DNA from: Candidatus Thorarchaeota archaeon
GTDB taxonomy: Archaea > Asgardarchaeota > Thorarchaeia > Thorarchaeales > Thorarchaeaceae
Direction: 5' to 3'
Assembly (NCBI GenBank): GCA_038893995.1
Contig: JAWAQK010000063.1
Span: 1 to 12,312 of the forward strand
DNA length: 12,312 bases
The position numbers and the translations under genes are program-made. Under the pieces are notes generated by a model. That model did not search any database and had not been told where the DNA came from. It worked only from the letters and a program-made list of their open reading frames with translations. Shown here piece by piece: positions 6,334 to 12,312 of this stretch (position 1 is its first letter; every line of letters starts with the position of its first letter).

Positions 6334-7671
6334 ATGGGAAGTCCGCTGACTGATGTACCGTTCTCCAGGTTCTTTTCGGAGTCCCGTCTGCTCAAGGCGG
6401 GCCTGATATTCAACGTCGGATACTATCTGGCCGTCGTACTCACTTTCGTTGCGCTCCGCATCACGGGACAGATCGGGTCAACAATCTATCAGATGGACTT
6501 CCAGGTGTTCTTCGCAGCATCACAGATGTTGTCAGTCGCACCAGCGGACCTGTACTCCGTGGCCTCAAATGGACTACCATATCGGTACCTCCCTGCATTT
6601 GCAATGGTAGTCCAGGCATTCCAGTGGGTCCCGCTTGATATCGCCTATCTGACATGGATATCGCTCATGATGTTGGCAAACTGGGCGAACCTGAAGCTCG
6701 CCTATCATCTGTGTCAACTCTGCGGAGCTAGTCTGACCACAAAGAATCTTGAGAAGACCCTGTTCATTCTGTTCATAGCTCCCCAGCATGTTGTCAACTT
6801 GATCCTCGGGCAGGTATCTCAACTAGCTATCTTCCTGATACTATATTCACTAGTGATCCTCCACTCGGGTGCGGATGACTCATTCAGACAGTTCTTCGTC
6901 GCATCGCTCCTGGTAGGCGTGGCGGCTCACCTCAAGCCCTTTGCAATATTGCTTGTCCCATTTCTTGTTCCGGTAGAACGTCATAGAAGATATCTGATTA
7001 GGGTTCCCCTGAAGCCATTGGCTGCAGTTGTCGCTGGAGTGGGTCTTGCCATGCTACCCAGTGCAATGTTCTTCATCACGTACCCGGATTCATTTTGGGG
7101 GTTCGTTGACGTTACTGCAAATGGCAGACTGGGATATCACCATAGCACGAGTCTCGTCACACTGATCGGAGCGCTCGTTCCACAACTTCGGAACATCCTC
7201 CTAGCACACACGACGCTCCTCATCCCAACAGTGGCAATGTTTGCGGTTAGCTATGCGAGATTCATCAGTACGCCGAACACCTACAAGTCATACATCATGC
7301 ACTTCTCAGAGGTTGTCTTCATAGTACTCATCATCTATCCTGAATCTTGGTTCCTCTTCCTGGCCATACTGTATAGTCTGTTGGGTCCATCCATGATCAT
7401 GCTCTATGGACCAGAGTCCATGATGGATAAGAAACCCCATCTTGATGCTCTGTGGTCATTGTCGAACAACGTGATGGCCTTCTTCTGGGTGGGGGTGGTC
7501 ATTCACTACCTAGTACTTGGTTATGATCCAGTTGTCCCAGTGTGCGTAGTCATCATGTACGTGCTGTATCAGCATGTGCTGTTCCGCCGCTTCAGGATAC
7601 AGAAAGTCGGTCTGACCCACCAATGCGACCATGGCAACGGACAAGATAGACCGGAACATAAGAACCTCTGA
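6334..7671 (+). CDS. GT87/DUF2029-like GT-C fold membrane glycosyltransferase (lipid-linked sugar donor, mannosyltransferase-like)
   Basis: DFQVFFAA after the first TM, then PYRYLPAFA, NLILGQVSQL and AAHLKPFA; ~10-11 TM segments. Confidence 0.8.
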   Translation: MGSPLTDVPFSRFFSESRLLKAGLIFNVGYYLAVVLTFVALRITGQIGSTIYQMDFQVFFAASQMLSVAPADLYSVASNGLPYRYLPAFAMVVQAFQWVPLDIAYLTWISLMMLANWANLKLAYHLCQLCGASLTTKNLEKTLFILFIAPQHVVNLILGQVSQLAIFLILYSLVILHSGADDSFRQFFVASLLVGVAAHLKPFAILLVPFLVPVERHRRYLIRVPLKPLAAVVAGVGLAMLPSAMFFITYPDSFWGFVDVTANGRLGYHHSTSLVTLIGALVPQLRNILLAHTTLLIPTVAMFAVSYARFISTPNTYKSYIMHFSEVVFIVLIIYPESWFLFLAILYSLLGPSMIMLYGPESMMDKKPHLDALWSLSNNVMAFFWVGVVIHYLVLGYDPVVPVCVVIMYVLYQHVLFRRFRIQKVGLTHQCDHGNGQDRPEHKNL

Positions 7672-7708
7672 AACATGATGACTTGAGAACCACGAGTGCG
7701 CTGTACAC

Positions 7709-9655
7709 TCATCCGACGGCGGCAGGAACGTCCTTCAGTTTCCTTCTCCTGATGACGAATGTGCTACCAACAGTCAGCGCGGCGATACAGCCCACAAGAG
7801 CCAGGACAATAGGGATGCCAAGATTTGTTTCTGCGGATACTACGATGCTGATCAAGTAGTGTCCAGCCGTAGACTGCCACGTCAGCGGGATTCCATTGCG
7901 GGCGACCACAGACTGAGAGATAGACTCTCCAGTGAGGAGGTTCTGGACAGATATCTTATAGGTGAGGCTGCTTCTAACCCTGAACTCTCCGTCCTCAACG
8001 ATAATGGTGAAAGGATCGGAACTCTCGATATCGAACTCGGTCGATGACTCTATGTAACTGATTACGGACGCAGTCCATGTACCATTGCTCTGAACTGTGA
8101 TGCCTGTTTCACGAACCTGACCTGTGCCATTCACCATAACGAGAACATTGTTGTCTGGCTTGCCAAAGAGCTCATCTATCAACGGAAGGAGAATGGTACT
8201 GTCGACGTTCTGGACCAACGCAGTTCCGGTCATGAGATGTCGTGACAGTATGCGGATAGACACTCCGATCTGCGACGGGTCAAAGTAGCGACCATCACCA
8301 AACCCGCAGGGAGGTCCACAGTTGAACGGTGCGCGATGGAAGAATGTCAGGTTGATGTGCCCAAATGCATCAAGTTGGGGTTCCGTGGACAATATGTACC
8401 AGTTTGTCGTGTCCAAGAAATCTACAGAGTCGTCACGATACAGGGAGAACAGCAGAAGGGCATCCCAACACCAGTCATGAAGGGCATGACCACCGGGACC
8501 AGTGCGCTCATGGTAGACTATGTTCTCACAGAACTGCCACGGCATGAAACCAGAGTACCCCAATTGATGGGCCTGCCGATATGCTTCCAGGAGAAACCTA
8601 CAGTTTACGGCTCTCGAATAGTTGTACATCTGTGGAGAACCTATCTCGCCGATGACCGCGGGAATGCTAACATTGTCAAGCGCATGTAGTTGGGAAGTGG
8701 GCTCGTAGTGATGGACTGCATGATAGTCTGTGTTCGTGGGGAGTGATTCGTTGTAGTACTTCGGCATTATGTTCCAATACCACCACGTGGTGTTACTGTA
8801 AATCTCGAACCATTCATCGCTTATGGTCACATATCGCTCAGGATCTGCAGCCTTGATCCTGTTTCGGACGTAGCACATGAAGTGCCATACTTGAGTGGCA
8901 TTGCATGACAGACTTAACCCACCTTTCGATGGTGGATTGATGAGATAGCACATGAATGCGGAGAACTCGTTGACTATCTCCCACGTATGGATGACGGGAT
9001 TACCTTCGAAAACGCTGATGAAGTCAATCACGCCATCGGCCAGACTAACGAGGGGGTGGGGCTCTACGATATGCTCTGGATCAAAGGGTAGCTGAAATAC
9101 CTCGAAGTAGTGTCGAAGAGACGGGTGTTCATCCGGTGTGCCAATCCTAGCGAACAGCGTCGGCGTCAGGGTCATGCCTCTGGCCGCCAGCTCCTCAAGG
9201 TAGACTCCAAAGTTCGCTACGGCAGTGTCATTCAATCCGAGATACCCCAGTGAGTCATCCCACTCGATGAATTGGAAGATGAGGGTGAAGCTCCTGACAT
9301 GTTTCACGCCCATGATGGCCATGGCATCTAGGTCTGCCCTCAAGACATCTATATCGAAACCAAGTCGGAACCAGTACGGGCCTATGTGCTCCTGGACCTC
9401 TGTACCGTTCGGAAACCTGTAGGTGAACAGGTCATACTTGGTGTAAGATGCGAAATTGAGGCCCTTGAGCAGGTCTTCAGACTGAGGAAGCCTCGGGATC
9501 TCCAGTCCGAGAGGTTCATGGGACGACTGTGGGCAGTAGGTCGGCCCCGTCAGCGGCAAGAATGGCAGGGTGAACACGGAGCTGAACAGCAACAAGAAGA
9601 CGCTGGATAAGAGGATTCCCCAACCATAGCAGCGGTTGCGGCAGTTCATAGTCAT
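7709..9655 (-). CDS. Secreted, membrane-anchored clan GH-A glycoside hydrolase (GH5-like, mannanase/cellulase-type TIM barrel)
   Basis: N-terminal signal-like segment; GLNF, DLDAMAIMGVKHVRSF, WEIVNEF (acid/base Glu), DYHAVHHY, PAVIGEIG (nucleophile Glu) and GFMPWQF; beta-rich C-terminal region; terminal TM helix followed by RRRK. Confidence 0.8.
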   Translation of the reverse strand: MTMNCRNRCYGWGILLSSVFLLLFSSVFTLPFLPLTGPTYCPQSSHEPLGLEIPRLPQSEDLLKGLNFASYTKYDLFTYRFPNGTEVQEHIGPYWFRLGFDIDVLRADLDAMAIMGVKHVRSFTLIFQFIEWDDSLGYLGLNDTAVANFGVYLEELAARGMTLTPTLFARIGTPDEHPSLRHYFEVFQLPFDPEHIVEPHPLVSLADGVIDFISVFEGNPVIHTWEIVNEFSAFMCYLINPPSKGGLSLSCNATQVWHFMCYVRNRIKAADPERYVTISDEWFEIYSNTTWWYWNIMPKYYNESLPTNTDYHAVHHYEPTSQLHALDNVSIPAVIGEIGSPQMYNYSRAVNCRFLLEAYRQAHQLGYSGFMPWQFCENIVYHERTGPGGHALHDWCWDALLLFSLYRDDSVDFLDTTNWYILSTEPQLDAFGHINLTFFHRAPFNCGPPCGFGDGRYFDPSQIGVSIRILSRHLMTGTALVQNVDSTILLPLIDELFGKPDNNVLVMVNGTGQVRETGITVQSNGTWTASVISYIESSTEFDIESSDPFTIIVEDGEFRVRSSLTYKISVQNLLTGESISQSVVARNGIPLTWQSTAGHYLISIVVSAETNLGIPIVLALVGCIAALTVGSTFVIRRRKLKDVPAAVG

Positions 9656-9738
9656 GCATTACGATGTATGGACTTATGGAGCTGATGGCAGTCAAAGTCA
9701 CCTCGGATATCATCAGTCGGCAATCAGACTCATCTCAC

Positions 9739-10605
9739 TCAAGAAGACAGGACCGTTGCAAGCATCTCTGTGGCATCCGCAAAACGCTGAAATACCAGGA
9801 CAGAAAGAATCACCAGCGACACGACGAATAGGACAGACAGATAGACGAGCTCGGTTCTTGCAGATGACACGAGTGAAAAGGTCATTTCGGAGAGAAAGAA
9901 GAATACGACCGCGAAAGAGATCAACACCAGGACATTCTGCCAGTATGATTGAGCAGTGATTGTCCCTTCGAGCACGGACCTCAGGTCCACGTAATGAAAT
10001 GGAGAGAGAGTCACCCACGGCTTGGGGAGTATTGCCAGTGACCCTAGGAACGCAGAGGTCAGGAGTGCTGCAACTCCAGCCATGATCTCGGTCCTTGCCA
10101 GTGCGCTGAATACCAGTGTTATAGCGGCCACCATTATCAGAGCAAGTGCTATCAAGAAGGCGGACTGAATAGCCGCCATGAAGGGGAGATCGCCAAACAA
10201 CAGAAGTGTGTACGCCCATGTTGGTACGGCGCAGAACAGTACCGACACCAGTATGATTCCTGAGCGGACCAGCATCTTAGATAACACGATCGAAAACCTG
10301 CTGACAGGCCTCGTCAAGAGCAGGTCGAGTGTGTTTGCACGCCGCTCTCCTGCTATTGCGTCCATACTCACGAGTGCGACAAGGAGGGCCCCCAGCTGTA
10401 GCAGGTCGTCAACTGCACTCAGAAATGCCTCCTGTGGAGTGAACTCGGGAATCTCGATTGTCCCCGGAGGCAAGAGCGTTGGCAGCATGAATATCATCAG
10501 AAGACCAGATAGGCTGAGAACTGTGAGGGTTGCCACCAGGACCACTAGTTTCATGCGTGCCTCATAGGCTTCCTTCAACAGGAGTGTGACAAGGGCCCGT
10601 AGCAC
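9739..10605 (-). CDS. ABC-2 type transporter permease, YxlG-like
   Basis: LLLKEAYE, AIAGERRANTLDLLLTRPVSRFSIVLSK and LSPFHY. The ORF is open from ATG 10641, but GTG 10605 (4 nt after the ATPase stop, with a G-rich SD) is an equally or more plausible start. Confidence 0.9.
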   Translation of the reverse strand: MLRALVTLLLKEAYEARMKLVVLVATLTVLSLSGLLMIFMLPTLLPPGTIEIPEFTPQEAFLSAVDDLLQLGALLVALVSMDAIAGERRANTLDLLLTRPVSRFSIVLSKMLVRSGIILVSVLFCAVPTWAYTLLLFGDLPFMAAIQSAFLIALALIMVAAITLVFSALARTEIMAGVAALLTSAFLGSLAILPKPWVTLSPFHYVDLRSVLEGTITAQSYWQNVLVLISFAVVFFFLSEMTFSLVSSARTELVYLSVLFVVSLVILSVLVFQRFADATEMLATVLSS

Positions 10606-10609
10606 GTTT

Positions 10610-11572
10610 CTACGCCCCCCCGTGCTGAATTGGTCTGTCATGTGTTATCATGTCAACAATCAAGTCCTCCAAGTCACCCAGTCCTGATGTGAGCGAACTC
10701 AGTATCGAATTGGATGAGGCCACTAGTCGCACGACGTCCATGCGCGCACGGTCGACGTCATTTGCATGAACAGTCAACTCATTTGATTGCACCCTTGTGA
10801 CACTGTCAACAGACTGCAATTGCTCGATCTGTTTGGGCAGGCTATCGTCCAGAACATCGAACACAAGTCGAATGTAGTCTCTCTTCCCATGCTGCAAGTG
10901 GCGCTGAAGCTGATCAACCGTACCCGAGAACAGGAGGGCCCCACTCCTGATGACAACGATATCGGTAATGACCTTCACCAGCTCAGCAAGGATGTGTGAC
11001 GAGATCACGACAGTCTTGCCACTCTTTGCCAGCTGTCTAATCACCGAGTATATCTCTCGCCTACCGATTGGGTCCAGAGACGACGTTGGCTCATCCAGCA
11101 GTAGTACCCGCGGTCCGTGGATCAGACTCTGAGCAATGCCAAGACGCTGCCTCTCGCCGGTAGAGAGGGTGGAGATCTTCCTTCTTGAAAGATGAGAAAG
11201 ACCCACGGATTCGATTGCCTCCCTGACGGCGTCATCTCGAGCGGCACCGGTCATGTAGAACCTGCTCACGTGGTACAAGTACTGGTCGACACGCATGAAC
11301 GGATACACACCAAAGTCCTGAGGGAGGTAGCCTATCGTCTTCCGGACTCCGGTCAGATCATGACTGACATCGTGACCGTCCACGTATGCCTTTCCCGATG
11401 AGGGTGCCAACAGTCCAGTCAGTATCTTCAGTGTGGTGGTCTTGCCTGCCCCGTTAGGGCCTACAAACCCGACCAACGACCCCTCTCGTACCTTGAACGA
11501 CAGATTGCGTAAGGCCACTATGCTCTTGCCGTAGGTCTTTGCAACCGAGTCCAGCTCTATGACCGTCTTCAT
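10610..11572 (-). CDS. ABC transporter ATP-binding protein (ABC-2/DrrA type, YxlF-like)
   Basis: Walker A GPNGAGKTT, Q-loop YLPQ, signature LSTGERQR, Walker B LLLDEPT, H-loop SSH and C-terminal LEDL; ATGA overlap with the upstream gene. Confidence 0.96.
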   Translation of the reverse strand: MKTVIELDSVAKTYGKSIVALRNLSFKVREGSLVGFVGPNGAGKTTTLKILTGLLAPSSGKAYVDGHDVSHDLTGVRKTIGYLPQDFGVYPFMRVDQYLYHVSRFYMTGAARDDAVREAIESVGLSHLSRRKISTLSTGERQRLGIAQSLIHGPRVLLLDEPTSSLDPIGRREIYSVIRQLAKSGKTVVISSHILAELVKVITDIVVIRSGALLFSGTVDQLQRHLQHGKRDYIRLVFDVLDDSLPKQIEQLQSVDSVTRVQSNELTVHANDVDRARMDVVRLVASSNSILSSLTSGLGDLEDLIVDMITHDRPIQHGGA

Positions 11573-11787
11573 CGCTCTTCACGACCAACAAGAAGATAGA
11601 GTGCCGGACCAATGAGAGAAACGAAGCAGACCAGCGCACCCCATGCCACTTTCTGGGTCCTAGACTTGTTCGGGCTCCTGCGAATATCAATCAGACTATA
11701 GATGGCGAGTGCAGCATGTATTACAAGGATTGGGATGATGAGCAACAGCAGAGGATCCACGTTCGACAACAATCCGCTCCCGTCCAT
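11569..11787 (-). CDS. Small 2-TM PLDc_N-domain protein, YxlE-like
   Basis: IIPILVIHAALAIYSLIDIRR...KVAWGALVCFVSLIGPALYLLVGR fits the PLD-nuclease N-terminal domain pattern (W....GP..Y...GR). The start is uncertain: 11787 (with a GGGAG SD), 11832 or 11877. Confidence 0.85.
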   Translation of the reverse strand: MDGSGLLSNVDPLLLLIIPILVIHAALAIYSLIDIRRSPNKSRTQKVAWGALVCFVSLIGPALYLLVGREER

Positions 11788-11874
11788 CAGGAAACTCCCA
11801 TAGAAGGCCGACAACAAGTCTACACTCAACATTGAACTTGCGCTCCCCTGCTTCGAGTTGAAGCAGAGCCTGTT

Positions 11875-11902
11875 CATATATAGGGGGTCTATAAACCTTA
11901 CC
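11875..11902 (-). promoter_or_regulatory. Putative TATA element(s) for the PLDc_N-ABC operon
   Basis: On the minus strand, GGTAAGG-TTTATAGA (TATA at 11895-11888) and a second TATATATG (11882-11875). Confidence 0.5.
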
Positions 11903-12003
11903 TCCGAGTGGACATCTACCGGTGTAGCCTAGACCTAAGTGGCTCTAGATCCGTCGTATGCGCAGGGAGGTCTTGGAAATAACGTGTGGACAAATGCTCC
12001 TCC

Positions 12004-12312
12004 TCAGGATCTGAAGGAGGGGATCACATCACTTCCGAATAGTCGAATACTGTCAAGCGACAGACTCATTGTTGGTAATTCGACAAAGCCTACCAGCAGT
12101 GATGTCACACCGACTTCGCACAGAGTTTCCACTCGTCTTATGATCTGGTCAGGCGTTCCTACTATGTTGGGTAACATGTCAACTGGTATTCCTGACAAGT
12201 AGCTTATCACTTGACACAACCTGTTTACATCTTGAGGATCTTCACTCACAGCGCATAGGTCCGCACCGTAAATAATCTCGGAATCACCAAGAGGTCTACC
12301 TATATCTCTCAA
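12004..12312 (-). CDS. C-terminal part of an LLM-class (luciferase-like, flavin/F420-dependent) oxidoreductase; 5' end lies outside the window
   Basis: Typical C-terminal pattern IVGTPDQIIRRVETLCEVGVT...F...SIRLFGSDVIPSF; the frame is open to the window edge. Confidence 0.8.
   Translation of the reverse strand: MRDIGRPLGDSEIIYGADLCAVSEDPQDVNRLCQVISYLSGIPVDMLPNIVGTPDQIIRRVETLCEVGVTSLLVGFVELPTMSLSLDSIRLFGSDVIPSFRS

Noticed and set aside
9636-10567. Overlapping alternative ORFs (9636-9959 +, 9713-10219 -, 10178-10567 +)
   Set aside because: These are shadow frames of the well-supported permease, like most other short ORFs in the track.
11939-12312. Slightly lower GC in the LLM gene and the antisense 87-aa ORF
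   Set aside because: The segment is too short to infer an island, and the antisense ORF is a shadow of the LLM gene.
1-12312. CRISPR arrays, tRNA/rRNA genes, transposases or integrases
   Set aside because: No periodic repeats, cloverleaf or T-loop signatures, or mobile-element motifs were seen on either strand.

Overview
Gene-dense archaeal window. An archaeal-type eIF5A, a short Nob1, TATA/BRE-like promoters and GGTGA-type Shine-Dalgarno sites support the domain call; an Asgard (Thorarchaeota-like) origin is my inference only. From left to right it contains: a possible minus-strand gene start running off the left edge; a ~600-aa alpha-SNAP/TPR-like helical repeat protein coupled to a YjbQ/UPF0047 gene; a minus-strand run of NAD kinase, Nob1 and a small hypothetical gene, divergent from aIF5A; two small membrane proteins; a GT87/DUF2029-like GT-C glycosyltransferase convergent with a secreted, membrane-anchored clan GH-A (GH5-like) glycoside hydrolase; a yxlE/yxlF/yxlG-like module (PLDc_N protein, ABC ATPase, permease); and the C-terminus of an LLM-class oxidoreductase. 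Three intergenic regions are rich in hairpins, including a box C/D sRNA candidate (5551-5613) and a K-loop hairpin (4190-4229). I found no tRNA, rRNA, CRISPR array or mobile element. All family calls come from motifs recognised by eye; no database searches were run.
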